Source: Nitrospirota bacterium | Lineage (GTDB): Bacteria; Nitrospirota; Nitrospiria; SBBL01; JAADHI01 | Assembly: GCA_029261195.1 (NCBI GenBank) | Contig: JAJDBU010000048.1 | Location: 5,814-69,813 of the forward strand | Direction: 5' to 3' | Length of the DNA: 64,000 bases | Shown: positions 54,808 through 64,000 of the stretch, one piece after another | How the letters are laid out: each line of letters opens with the position of its first letter | Numbering within the stretch: the stretch's first letter is position 1 | Made by a program: the position numbers and the translations under genes | Notes under the pieces: generated by a model | Seen by the model: only the letters and a program-made list of their open reading frames with translations | The model's database searches: none | Told to the model about the DNA's origin: nothing

Positions 54808-55893
54808 CTAATGCCCCGTAAGCACCTGTATGGCCGATGCCTTGATGACTGCTGTAATCTCTGCACCGAGACAAAGTCCGAGGTCTTGCCTCGACTGCTC
54901 AGTGATCCGTGCCGTCAACAAAAAACCACAGTCAATGACGACACCCACCTGAAAGCCATACGGAATTATTTCTTGAACCCGGCCCTGTAGGTGGTTGCGT
55001 GCACTACTTGTCCTGGCTTGGCCTCTTTCCAATATCACCTCTTCTGCTCTAATGGCTACGAAGCAGGACTCATTAGGAAGCCCTGATCCAATGGCGGCAA
55101 GCTCCGCCTTTCCAACTCCCAAATGAACAATCCCCTCCGTAACTTCCAGGATTATTCCCGGCAACAGGTTTTCGACGCCGACGATTTTTGCCACTTGTGG
55201 CACCGCAGGACGACTGAAGATTTCCATGGGATCGCCATGCTGTAAAATACATCCTTCCGACATAATAATTAAATAGTCGCTTAAGGCCAGGGCTTCCGCA
55301 AGGTCATGCGTCACAATCAGGGCCGATCTCTTTTCATGAATCAACCAGTCTCTGAGTTTTTTTCTGATATCGGTCCGCGTGACGGGATCCAATGCTGAAA
55401 GCGGCTCATCCAGGAGAAGAAGCGAAGGTTTGGGTGCCAGTGTTTGCGCCAAAGCGACACGCTGACGCTCTCCACCCGAAAGTTCGTCAGGATGACGATC
55501 TGCCTTCTCGGACAATCCAAAGCGTTTACACCATTCGCCAACGATCGACTTTAGATCCGATGCCGATTCCTCCTTGAGTCCATAGGTCATATTTTTTGAG
55601 ACGCTCAAATGAGGAAAGAGGGGCGCATCCTGAAAAAGAAGACCTATAGAGCGATCCCGGGCCGGAAAATCGATGTTTTTCTCCGAATCGAAATAAGTCG
55701 TGCCTCCCGTAAGAATGTATCCGCTGTCCGGTTTTTGCACTCCGGCCAGACAATGCAGGAGGGTCGTCTTCCCGCTACCAGAGGGTCCGAGAATGACAGC
55801 GATAGAGGAGGAATCGCTTAAAATCGAAAGACTTGCTGTGAGCATCCCTCCTTTGGGAAAACGATATTGAAGATCAAATCTTAGGTCCAGCAA
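54808..55893 (-). CDS. modC: Molybdate ABC transporter ATP-binding protein
   Basis: Walker A GPSGSGKTT, signature LSGGERQRV, and a C-terminal TOBE/Mop-like domain. Located downstream of modAB. Confidence 0.85.
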   Translation of the reverse strand: MLDLRFDLQYRFPKGGMLTASLSILSDSSSIAVILGPSGSGKTTLLHCLAGVQKPDSGYILTGGTTYFDSEKNIDFPARDRSIGLLFQDAPLFPHLSVSKNMTYGLKEESASDLKSIVGEWCKRFGLSEKADRHPDELSGGERQRVALAQTLAPKPSLLLLDEPLSALDPVTRTDIRKKLRDWLIHEKRSALIVTHDLAEALALSDYLIIMSEGCILQHGDPMEIFSRPAVPQVAKIVGVENLLPGIILEVTEGIVHLGVGKAELAAIGSGLPNESCFVAIRAEEVILERGQARTSSARNHLQGRVQEIIPYGFQVGVVIDCGFLLTARITEQSRQDLGLCLGAEITAVIKASAIQVLTGH

Positions 55894-56554
55894 TCGTCCT
55901 CCCCTTTTTTCGATCTATAAAATAAACCAGAGATAAAAAGAAAAAAGAGAGCATCAATAGAAAGAGCGCTGTTTCCAGGGCAGCCCCATCGTTCATCGCC
56001 TGAACCTGGTCATAGAGGTCGATAGAGATTGTCCGGGTTTCTCCCGCTATATTGCCGCCTACCATCAGGACAACACCAAATTCACCGATTGTGTGCGCAA
56101 AACTTAGGATAAGGGCCATCAGAATACCTCGGGTGGAGAGGGGCAAAATCACCTTGATAAAAGTTACCAGGGGCGCAGCGCCCAGAACGGCAGAGAGTTG
56201 AATCAGTCGTTTATCGACGCTTAAGAATGCGGCAGAGAGGGGTTGAACCGCAAAAGGGAGGGAATAGAAGACTGAGGCGATCACCAGGCCCTCAAAGCTA
56301 AAAACCAGGTTTGAACCGAAGACCTCCTGATAGATTCGCCCGAAGAAACTGCGTGTCCCCATTGCAATTAGAAGGTAAAACCCGAGTACCGTCGGGGGAA
56401 GGACAATGGGCAGCGCCACTACCGCCTCCACCAGAAATTTCCATCGCCATTTTGAGTAGGCAATCCAATACGCCAGTGGTAAAGCAATCAAAAGTAGAAT
56501 GAAGGATGTCGTTGAGGCTAACTTGATTGAAAGCCCAAAAGCCTCCCAACTCAC
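55874..56554 (-). CDS. modB: Molybdate ABC transporter permease
   Basis: 226 aa, multi-TM, with an EAA-loop-like region. Located between modA and modC. Confidence 0.8.
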   Translation of the reverse strand: MSWEAFGLSIKLASTTSFILLLIALPLAYWIAYSKWRWKFLVEAVVALPIVLPPTVLGFYLLIAMGTRSFFGRIYQEVFGSNLVFSFEGLVIASVFYSLPFAVQPLSAAFLSVDKRLIQLSAVLGAAPLVTFIKVILPLSTRGILMALILSFAHTIGEFGVVLMVGGNIAGETRTISIDLYDQVQAMNDGAALETALFLLMLSFFFLSLVYFIDRKKGRTIAGPKI

Positions 56555-57408
56555 CGAACTTTCTCCTCTTCAAAAAAACCATACTTTTTCAGGATGCTTA
56601 AGCCCTCTCCCGACTTTATAAAGCGGACAAGTGATTTTGCTTCGAATTGATGTTGACTACGGTCTAGAATAAGACCTCCTTGATTTAATGTCGGATGGTA
56701 GTTCGAGGGAATCAACCAGTAACGGCCAGAGTTTTGAAGGGATACGGCCAAAGCCAAAGCATAAGAGAGTATCCCTATTTCTGCGCCACCTCTCCGAACA
56801 AAGGTCGCCGCATGGCTGACATTTTCTCCGATAACCAGTTTCTCCTCCAAACGCTCAAAGAGATTAAGGTGTTTTAAACTGGAAACCGCAGCAAGCCCAT
56901 AGGGGGCATAGCGGGGATTGGCGATAGAGATCTTGTTAATGGTGTGGTGGAGTACTGCATTCATCTCTAAGGCTTCAAGGTTAATAGGGGAGCCTAGGGG
57001 GACCCAAAGCACAATGCGCCCCGTCCCGTAAATAAAATAGTGATCGGATGTTCCGAATCCCTGCTCAATCAGTCGCTTTGGCATTGTTTCATCTGCTGAA
57101 AAAAAGAGATCAAAAGGAGCGCCGGCAATGATCTGAGCCAAAAGATTTCCTGAAGCGCCGTAAGAGACTTCGAGTCTTGTCCCTTGTTCCTGTTCAAATG
57201 CAGTGGCAATCTCGTCCATTGAAAAGCGCAAATTAGAGGCTGCGGCAATCCGTAGTACGTTATCCCGATGATCAAGTCCTCTGCCGTAAGCAGATGCGCT
57301 CGTAAAGAGGCAGGCAACAATAATCAGCCCGACCATGAATTTCAGGAACGAGGGAAGGAGAATTCGATCAAAATGGGTCACGTGCAGACCTTGTTTCGGA
57401 ATCGACAA
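56551..57408 (-). CDS. modA: Molybdate-binding periplasmic protein (likely true start around 57336)
   Basis: LRIAAASNLRFSMDEI...YGASGNLLAQIIAGAPFDLFFSAD is typical of ModA. Confidence 0.8.
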   Translation of the reverse strand: MSIPKQGLHVTHFDRILLPSFLKFMVGLIIVACLFTSASAYGRGLDHRDNVLRIAAASNLRFSMDEIATAFEQEQGTRLEVSYGASGNLLAQIIAGAPFDLFFSADETMPKRLIEQGFGTSDHYFIYGTGRIVLWVPLGSPINLEALEMNAVLHHTINKISIANPRYAPYGLAAVSSLKHLNLFERLEEKLVIGENVSHAATFVRRGGAEIGILSYALALAVSLQNSGRYWLIPSNYHPTLNQGGLILDRSQHQFEAKSLVRFIKSGEGLSILKKYGFFEEEKVR

Positions 57409-57911
57409 AGCTCAACAAAATAGGCAAGGAGGCGATCATCAGAATAGGCGGCATTTCTTGGACTAGTCGAGGGAATGACAAAAATATGGCTTCCTTCAAT
57501 CGACTCTGTTTTTTGTCCAGCGCCCTTACCTTGAGGAAAAAAAGTGTGGTAAGCCACTAGGCCATTGAAACAGACAATGCGCGGACGATAAAAGCCGATC
57601 TTTTTTTTTAGGATTTCAGCCCCCTGTTTGAATTCATCCAAAGAGAGATCGGAAGATCCGGACGAAACACGCTTGACCATGTCGGTCAAACCCAGTCGAA
57701 AGCGCGGTAGTTTCCAGTCATCTTCCGGTTTGAGGGGCTTTGGTATGAGACCGCCTTTAAATAACAGAGGCCAGAAACGGTTAGAATGATTAGCGTAATA
57801 GTGCCCGGCCTTCGAGGAACGAAGGCCGGGATTGATCCCTACAAAGACAATGTCGAGATCGCCTTCTAATATGTCAGGTAAGGTCGAATACATTCCTTGT
57901 GACCCAAACAA
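57378..57911 (-). CDS. mug: G/U mismatch-specific (family 2, Mug/TDG) uracil-DNA glycosylase
   Basis: DIVFVGINPGLRSSKAGHYYANHSNRFWPLL and PSTSPRN motifs. Confidence 0.8.
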   Translation of the reverse strand: MFGSQGMYSTLPDILEGDLDIVFVGINPGLRSSKAGHYYANHSNRFWPLLFKGGLIPKPLKPEDDWKLPRFRLGLTDMVKRVSSGSSDLSLDEFKQGAEILKKKIGFYRPRIVCFNGLVAYHTFFPQGKGAGQKTESIEGSHIFVIPSTSPRNAAYSDDRLLAYFVELCRFRNKVCT

Positions 57912-57968
57912 CTGGGATCATAGCGGAATTTAAGACAAAAAAGATCAAAGCTATGGGGAAGACATTAT

Positions 57969-58238
57969 TTAAGCAAAAGTGGCTTTAAACCCGACTTTAC
58001 TGATTTCAAAACCATCCTTCACTTGATCAATTGACACCATTTTTATGGCATGGTGTTTCGCGAGATCGTCGCAGATGCCAACACAAATTTCACAGCCTTT
58101 ACAACGGTCGACAGCAACATAAGCGGTTCCAACGGCATCATCATAGAGAATGGTATTGCCTTCGGGGCAAAACTGGGTGCATAGACGACATTTTGTTGAA
58201 GCACAAATTTCCTTATCAACTTCAGCTACTGAGTACAT
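57969..58238 (-). CDS. 2-oxoacid:ferredoxin oxidoreductase small ferredoxin-like subunit (2x[4Fe-4S])
   Basis: 89 aa with two Cys clusters (CxxxKCRLCTQFCP and CKGCEICVGIC). Last gene of the five-gene OFOR cluster. Confidence 0.75.
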   Translation of the reverse strand: MYSVAEVDKEICASTKCRLCTQFCPEGNTILYDDAVGTAYVAVDRCKGCEICVGICDDLAKHHAIKMVSIDQVKDGFEISKVGFKATFA

Positions 58239-58278
58239 ATACTAACCTCCTGCAAAATCTAAATCGTGGAACAGTCAT

Positions 58279-58998
58279 CTAATTAACCGATGTGGTCTGC
58301 CTACCTTCTGCAAACCATCTATCCCAGCCTTTTTCTACCACAAATGCACGAGCTGCTTTGGCTACATCATTATTTTTTTCGACCAAAACCGCCTTTTTAG
58401 CAAATTTTTTCTCAATGACATTGTCGAGGGCTGCGGTCCCACCGGAAGTCACGATCCCTTTCCCGATAAAACGTTCCCGAATCGATTTTTCAATCGCTTC
58501 GGGACCAGGCATGCCTAGAATGGCGGAAATGGCTCCGACCATCGCCATATTGGTCGCAAGTTCTGTACCGGCAAAGTCAATCGCCAGCTGGGAAGCAGGA
58601 ATATGGTAAACCTGTGCGTTCATGTCCCGAAGCTCTTTTTCTTCATCCGCTTGAAGTTCGAGCACGGTTTCGCTGTTGATGATGACGACGCCGTTTTCTT
58701 TGAGGCCGGTATAAAACGGCATGGTGTAGGATTTACCGTGCGTGATGACCTGAGTGTGAAAGATCACAATGACGTTCGGATAAATAATTTCTCCGATCTC
58801 ATAAATGGCATCTTCGGAAATCCGGACATAACTTTCTACAGGAGCCATTCGTTTTTCAGAGCCGAAAAAAGGGACCATCGTGCTTTCCCCTTTGTCGATA
58901 ATGACACCGTTACTTAAGACATGAGAGGCGGTCACGACACCCTGCCCACCAATTCCGGCCATCCGAACACTATATCTTTTTGCTCTTTTCGACATCAC
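58279..58998 (-). CDS. 2-oxoacid:ferredoxin oxidoreductase gamma subunit
   Basis: RMAGIGGQGVVTASHVL is the typical gamma-domain N-terminus. Confidence 0.8.
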   Translation of the reverse strand: MMSKRAKRYSVRMAGIGGQGVVTASHVLSNGVIIDKGESTMVPFFGSEKRMAPVESYVRISEDAIYEIGEIIYPNVIVIFHTQVITHGKSYTMPFYTGLKENGVVIINSETVLELQADEEKELRDMNAQVYHIPASQLAIDFAGTELATNMAMVGAISAILGMPGPEAIEKSIRERFIGKGIVTSGGTAALDNVIEKKFAKKAVLVEKNNDVAKAARAFVVEKGWDRWFAEGRQTTSVN

Positions 58999-59030
58999 AA
59001 CTCCTCTCTAAACTTAAAACTTTTGTCTAC

Positions 59031-59915
59031 TTAGCCTGATTGTTTTGCTGCCTTGCGAAGTCTTTTTCTTTCTTTTTCGCTGTCGTCCCAGTAAGCCTTA
59101 GCTTCGTCGCTGAAATACTCCACAAATTGGTAGCGATCTTTCTCAACCGCTCGGGCATCATCCATGACTTTAGGTGTCGGTATGGCGTACTCAATGTTAC
59201 AAGAGGTATAGGCCTGAATAAATGTGGGTCCAACTTCCCGGGCGATCAGAACGGCTTTTCGCACGGTATTCGCAACACGAGTGGGGTTTGTCGGTGCGAG
59301 TCTTGCGGTATAAGCAACGCCTGCCGTTTTTGCTAGACCCAGCATGTCCATCTTCTCAAACTTTTTCCCGGTCGGGGCCATTTTCATAACCATGCCTTTT
59401 TGCGTCATCCCACTATCCTGCCCACCGGTATTTCCGTAGACTTCATTATCAAGCATGATTGTTGTAAACTTTTCCTTCCGGAACCAGCTATGCATCACCG
59501 CGTGGAAGCCGATATCTGCAAGTCCGCCATCACCCGCCATGACAACCACATCCTTGTTTTGTTCCTTAAAGCGGATGTCAAGACCCCGCTTAATTCCGGT
59601 CGCCACGGCATTCGTATCGCCGTAGTTTCCATAGACAAAAGGAACAGCTCCCTGGGAGATGGCCAAACGTCCACATCCAGCTGTTCCACAAATCACCGTA
59701 TTCTCAATACTTGGAAGTCCGACATAGACCAGCCGAATAAAGAGCGTCATCGCACAACCGGAACACATTGGATGCTCTTCGATGGCCTCCTTAAATGAGC
59801 CAAGCTCAGAGACCTTACGCTGCTTGAGGAAGGGACCATCATCAATCAGATCCTTGTATTCCTGCGGGAGGTAATCTTTAAATCCGGGCGCAGCTTCAAT
59901 CGTTTTTAATGACAT
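59031..59915 (-). CDS. 2-oxoacid:ferredoxin oxidoreductase beta (TPP-binding) subunit
   Basis: CSGC and CGTAGC Cys motifs, and the TPP motif GDGGLADIGFHA...NEVYGNTGGQ. Confidence 0.85.
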   Translation of the reverse strand: MSLKTIEAAPGFKDYLPQEYKDLIDDGPFLKQRKVSELGSFKEAIEEHPMCSGCAMTLFIRLVYVGLPSIENTVICGTAGCGRLAISQGAVPFVYGNYGDTNAVATGIKRGLDIRFKEQNKDVVVMAGDGGLADIGFHAVMHSWFRKEKFTTIMLDNEVYGNTGGQDSGMTQKGMVMKMAPTGKKFEKMDMLGLAKTAGVAYTARLAPTNPTRVANTVRKAVLIAREVGPTFIQAYTSCNIEYAIPTPKVMDDARAVEKDRYQFVEYFSDEAKAYWDDSEKERKRLRKAAKQSG

Positions 59916-59931
59916 TTGAAATTTCCTTTCC

Positions 59932-61185
59932 CTATTTAGAGTTTGTAATTGCGTCTATAATCATTTCTGTCGGCATCGTCATGCCACCATAAACCCTCGG
60001 CCCAGCAAAAACCCGGTCTGTACGGTCAATCGCAGCTTTCAGCTCTTTTGACAACCAACCGATGTAGTTGAATTCCGGAACGACAATTTTTTCGGCATGG
60101 TCGAGCGCTTCGTTTAACTCCTGCGTCGGGAAAGGACGGATGGATTTGATTTTAATCAGACCTACGTCCAGACCTCGTTCAGTGGCCTGCCGAACCGCCT
60201 CACGTGACTGAGACACCGCCGAACCTGAGGCGACAATCATTGTTTTTGCTTTCGGATTCACAACCTCAATCAAACCTCTCAGCCAGCGGCTCAACCATTT
60301 TTTTGAACGTTCCTGGGCCGCCCAGATTTCCTGCTGCCAGGCAGCGTGCATCTGATAGGATATAAAGTTGGATTTCTGAATGGGTGCATCACGGGCGATT
60401 CGAATCGGCGGGTTTTCATTGTCCATCATCGGAACCGCTTCGTGGTAACAATCACGCATGGGCAGCTTCAGATCTTCAGCCGGCATACTGACCCAGTTCC
60501 TGGCATGAGTCACAAAAAATCCATCGACAGCAACAGCCGCAGGGAGTGAAACCTCCGGTTTTTCACTCACCATAAAAGCAATGAGGGGATAGTCGTAAAA
60601 ATCCTGCTGGTTTTCGCCATGCAGAACAATACCACCGGCATTCAAGAGATAGGAAATCTCGACGTTATCAGGTTGAATCGCAAGAGGCGCATTGACAACA
60701 CGACACATCACGAGCAAGACAGAGGGCAAACGACCGCCCGGCCAAGCAGCAATGGCCTCAATGCCACGCATCAGGCCGGGACCTGCGGTCGCAGTCAGGA
60801 CACGCACACCTGCCCGGGAAGCTCCGGCGACGGCAGACATCACGCCGATCTCCTCTTCACCGCGATAATAATCCCTGATATAACCTTCGGCGTAGAGATA
60901 GCCAACCTGCTGCATTGTTTCACTTTGAGGGGTAATCGGATAGGCAATTGCGATATCAACGTTTGCACGGCGGATCGATTCTTTCGCCGCTTCACTCCCC
61001 GTAATAAATTCCTTTTCTCTCGGCGCTTCTAAAAAGAGATAGTCGGGATCAACAACACGTTGCGCAGCAGCACCCTTTTTTTCTTCAATGTCTTCCGGTT
61101 TAGAAGCGGGATCGGAAAGGACATGAGAACGCGGATCATCCTTCCGGACATGAGGCTCGGTTGATTCTTTGACTTCTTCGGACAT
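59932..61185 (-). CDS. 2-oxoacid:ferredoxin oxidoreductase alpha subunit
   Basis: AYPITPQSE motif, TATAGPGL, and size and position typical of the alpha subunit. Confidence 0.85.
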   Translation of the reverse strand: MSEEVKESTEPHVRKDDPRSHVLSDPASKPEDIEEKKGAAAQRVVDPDYLFLEAPREKEFITGSEAAKESIRRANVDIAIAYPITPQSETMQQVGYLYAEGYIRDYYRGEEEIGVMSAVAGASRAGVRVLTATAGPGLMRGIEAIAAWPGGRLPSVLLVMCRVVNAPLAIQPDNVEISYLLNAGGIVLHGENQQDFYDYPLIAFMVSEKPEVSLPAAVAVDGFFVTHARNWVSMPAEDLKLPMRDCYHEAVPMMDNENPPIRIARDAPIQKSNFISYQMHAAWQQEIWAAQERSKKWLSRWLRGLIEVVNPKAKTMIVASGSAVSQSREAVRQATERGLDVGLIKIKSIRPFPTQELNEALDHAEKIVVPEFNYIGWLSKELKAAIDRTDRVFAGPRVYGGMTMPTEMIIDAITNSK

Positions 61186-61213
61186 TTACATAACCTCCAT
61201 CTATTCTGAGATC

Positions 61214-61966
61214 TTACTCTGCGGTATCATCTAAACCCGTCTCCAGTTCACTGGAAAAAGCTCCTGTGCCCGCCTCCACCAATTCATCTTCCGGTTTAAT
61301 GGGTATTTCCCCTTTTAAAGCGGCAATTTGAGACCATCCAGTTGGAACAATACCTTTACCTTCGTATAAAGGCTTGATCCCATTCTTCTTCACCTTGATT
61401 AAGGCCTCTTTAAAAAGGATCAACTTTTCAATGTCAAAATTAGGAACAGAAACCATTGCATCTTCATGACCGGCTTCCGCACAGAGCGCAATCGTAAAAC
61501 AATTTGTTCCAGCTCGAATCATCTTTAGGGTGATGCTTGCGTAATGGCAATGCACCCCGATAAAAACGCAGGCCTCTATTTTATTATGGGAGATGGTCAA
61601 ATTTGGATGACAGGGGTTGATCACGGCTTCCGGGTCGATTTTCGGATAGATCGGACGATAATCGGGCATCGGAATAATACGAACACCTGGAATTTCATCC
61701 GCGACATCGAAGAAATATTTTGCCTTTTCATTGGTATGGTCATTCCAGCCCCAGAGTACTAAAGGTCCGGGAAAAAGGGTTGCATTTTTTCTGGTCAACA
61801 TTGCAATTGCTGCCTTCTCAAGTGCTTCAGCCTCTGTGACGATTCCACCCTCTACCAGCCCTTCGCCTTCTTCAGGGAGCGGAACGCCCATAATGGTTGC
61901 AGCAGGTGGAAGCAGGCCCTCCGGGCCGGTGACAACGCGATATGGTGTGCCATTTAATTTTCCCAT
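61214..61966 (-). CDS. Fifth (extra) subunit of a five-subunit-type 2-oxoacid:ferredoxin oxidoreductase
   Basis: 250-aa ORF 28 nt upstream of the alpha gene on the same strand, with no cofactor motif seen. As I recall, this gene order resembles the Hydrogenobacter five-subunit enzymes. Confidence 0.5.
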   Translation of the reverse strand: MGKLNGTPYRVVTGPEGLLPPAATIMGVPLPEEGEGLVEGGIVTEAEALEKAAIAMLTRKNATLFPGPLVLWGWNDHTNEKAKYFFDVADEIPGVRIIPMPDYRPIYPKIDPEAVINPCHPNLTISHNKIEACVFIGVHCHYASITLKMIRAGTNCFTIALCAEAGHEDAMVSVPNFDIEKLILFKEALIKVKKNGIKPLYEGKGIVPTGWSQIAALKGEIPIKPEDELVEAGTGAFSSELETGLDDTAE

Positions 61967-62259
61967 CGTGACTCCTTCTTAAATTTAAGAATACTTCTAG
62001 AAAATTGACTACCGAGTTTAGACTTCTACCAGCGATATCGAAGCCAAAATTTTCACAATCATAAGTCAGGGCCTAAAGTCTTGTCAATTCAAAAAGATGA
62101 GAGATTGATGATCGGTAAAGCTCACAAAAAAGCACAGAAATACGCCGACATAATCACAGAGGAAGTGTATGGTATGCATGAAAATACTAAGAGTCAATAT
62201 GGAAAGATAGCAAACCAAGTTTTTGTTGCGGTCAAACCTTACTTTAAGTTATTGGATCT

Positions 62260-62550
62260 TTATCTCCCCGCATGAGACTGACCCTTTATGCGTAGGCTAA
62301 GGGGAGGGATCTGATCAAATCGAACCCGCATTGAGGGCACACCGAAAAAAATCTGATAGATCCCAGATTCCGGCAGCTTGAGTTCTATCTGATAAATACC
62401 ATCTTTAATATGCTTGGCCCATCCCCGTCTCTGCCAAGTGCCCGGCACTTTAAATGTCAAGATACGCAGTTCTTTTAATTCGGTAAGTGCCTGCTTTCTC
62501 CTGTCATAAATGACCTTAAAGCGTAGATTGAAATTCTTTCCGACAGGCAC
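62260..62550 (-). CDS. Hypothetical small beta-rich protein (GTG start), possibly a truncated C-terminal domain
   Basis: 96 aa with an in-frame stop directly upstream. Adjacent to the IS remnant. Confidence 0.3.
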   Translation of the reverse strand: MPVGKNFNLRFKVIYDRRKQALTELKELRILTFKVPGTWQRRGWAKHIKDGIYQIELKLPESGIYQIFFGVPSMRVRFDQIPPLSLRIKGQSHAGR

Positions 62551-62683
62551 TTCGTTTTTTTAAACAAAGGCTCAATTTTAATTGCAAGCTTCTTGTTGTT
62601 TTTAATAAGAAGACTTTCCAGGCAGGGCAATGTTGAAGCAATGGAAAATACGCGGGGAATCGAGAAGGAATAAGCTGTAAGAT

Positions 62684-63545
62684 TTGACAGCGTTGTTTAC
62701 AGAATTTCATATTTGAAGATTACTAATATGAGGAGGTTCTGTAGATATGGAGATGCACAAACGAATTCGTTTAACACCCCTAGATCGAAGGAAGATATGG
62801 GAGTTATGGCAATCAGGTCAGTGGAAGGTCGCGGCTCTTTCAAGCCGTTACCAAGTTTCACCCCCAACAATTTACAAGGCGCTGGAGAGAGCCAGGAAGC
62901 AGGAATTTATCTGGATAAGACGCAATACAGCTCGGCGGAATTTCTTCATCGGGTTCTTGACGAATGTCCCTACACAGGGGAATTCAGCTATTCGGATAAT
63001 GGCACGGAATACAAAGGGACAGACAGGCATGCCTATGTTACGCGATGCCGGAAGGCCGGTATCGGCCAGAAGTTCACACGCTGCAAGCGGCCTCAAACCA
63101 ATGGCAAAGCGGAACGCGTGATTCCGGCCTTAATGGACATGTGCCATAAAAAAAGAAAGATTCAAGTACCGCAAGCAAAGGCGCGTCAGCCTCTTGCGTT
63201 TCATCAATTTTTTATGTGTAGTCATCTCAAGGCTCCTTGTCGTGGTAGGTGTAAACTTCTGGCGCAAAGGTCCATTTGGATTCCTCAAGGAAGAAGGGAA
63301 AATCCCTGCCCATTCTCGCCAAGTGAAACCAAACAACTATGATTAGGGTACTACTACGAAGCTCTTACCCTTGCGGGAAAAGATGAAACAGATAAGTCTC
63401 AATAAGAATATCTTGACTTTATGAGACATATTTACATGTTTTTTCAGTATACATCAAGAGTAAATATTCTATGTTTTGCGATGTTTGCGTTGAGGAGCTC
63501 TGAGGTTTCAAGAAATGAAATTCCCCGCAGTAAACTGCGAGACAT
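62684..63545 (+). mobile_element. Degraded IS481-family-like insertion sequence remnant
   Basis: The left end carries the 33-nt element (TTGACA...). Transposase fragments lie in two frames. A weak inverted match to the left end sits at about 63514-63545 (ATGAAATTC...GTAAAC). Confidence 0.5.
62747..63342 (+). pseudogene. IS481-type DDE transposase, frameshifted and internally deleted
   Basis: Frame A holds the HTH N-terminus: MHKRIRLTPLDRRKIWELWQSGQWKVAALSSRYQVSPPTIYKALERARK. Frame B holds the rve-core C-terminus: YSDNGTEYKG...FTRCKRPQTNGKAERV. The middle of the catalytic core is missing. Confidence 0.65.
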
Positions 63546-63717
63546 AAAGTATTTGAAAGGAATCTGCGGTGATACTCGCATAAGTACTCCACTTGTGAAG
63601 ACAACAACTTCCCCGTTCCAGCTCATAATGCAGTTCATATTGACTTGCCAATCTTTTAGAGCAATGTTACCTTGGGGTGAAATCTGTAAAGAAGCCTAAA
63701 TATTATTACAACTTAAG

Positions 63718-64000
63718 ATGAAGCCATTGTTCTCAGGAATACAAAAACAGCGTCTGATTATATTTTCTTTTCTACTGAGCTTCCTTTTCTCCGGAATCGG
63801 CATGGTTCAGGGGCTGCCAATCTTCCTTACTGCGGTGGCTCATGCCCACCCTGTTTTTGTCTCCGAGGATAACCATAGAATCCGCCTCATCCTGCACCAC
63901 CCCGGCAACCACGACGCACACGAAGCAGCCTCCGTCGCAACACATCAACATGACCTGCTGGACGCCGTGATCGGTGTTTCCGAAAAAGACGGCCTCTCCC
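63718..64000 (+). CDS. Hypothetical His-rich membrane/secreted protein (partial; runs off the right edge)
   Basis: Hand translation: MKPLFSGIQKQRLIIFSFLLSFLFSGIGMVQGLPIFLTAVAHAHPVFVSEDNHRIRLILHHPGNHDAHEAA... The frame is open to the window end. Confidence 0.35.
   Translation, partial: MKPLFSGIQKQRLIIFSFLLSFLFSGIGMVQGLPIFLTAVAHAHPVFVSEDNHRIRLILHHPGNHDAHEAASVATHQHDLLDAVIGVSEKDGLS

Noticed and set aside
62081-62275. 64-aa + strand ORF upstream of the OFOR cluster
   Set aside because: It sits in the divergent promoter region, with no convincing RBS or family resemblance. The evidence is too weak to call it a gene.

Overview
A 64 kb bacterial chromosomal window of mid GC content. I found no rRNA or tRNA genes. 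Gene content (five-subunit 2-oxoacid:ferredoxin oxidoreductase, HpnD-like synthase, multihaem cytochrome) hints at a Nitrospirota- or Aquificota-like autotroph, but that is inference only. Most genes are housekeeping: ALDH plus an acetolactate-synthase-like TPP enzyme, AI-2E transporter, yacG, maf, dus, htrA, glmM, modABC, mug, panE and others. Two accessory blocks stand out. (1) 8.1-18.4 kb holds a type III-B (Cmr) CRISPR-Cas module, all on the minus strand: cas6, an antisense vapBC insertion, cmr1, an HD-less cas10 with GGDD intact, and cmr3-4-5-6. A TIR gene is translationally coupled to cmr6. Its SAVED/CARF-like C-terminal part is in another reading frame, so the effector is apparently frameshifted. 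An AT-rich leader and a 3-repeat mini-array follow, and there is no cas1 or cas2. (2) 29.9-36.4 kb holds a co-linear curli-type amyloid secretion locus: csgE with a long N-terminal extension, a tandem-repeat orfX, csgF, csgG and four curlin-repeat paralogs. It has a long leader, a decayed duplicate of the csgF 5' end, and structured intergenic RNA candidates. The window also contains three further toxin-antitoxin pairs, several c-di-GMP proteins, gene remnants (a tail-fibre S74 domain, an EAL C-terminus, an IS481-like transposase) and small tandem duplications. All family calls come from motif recognition by eye. No database search was run.
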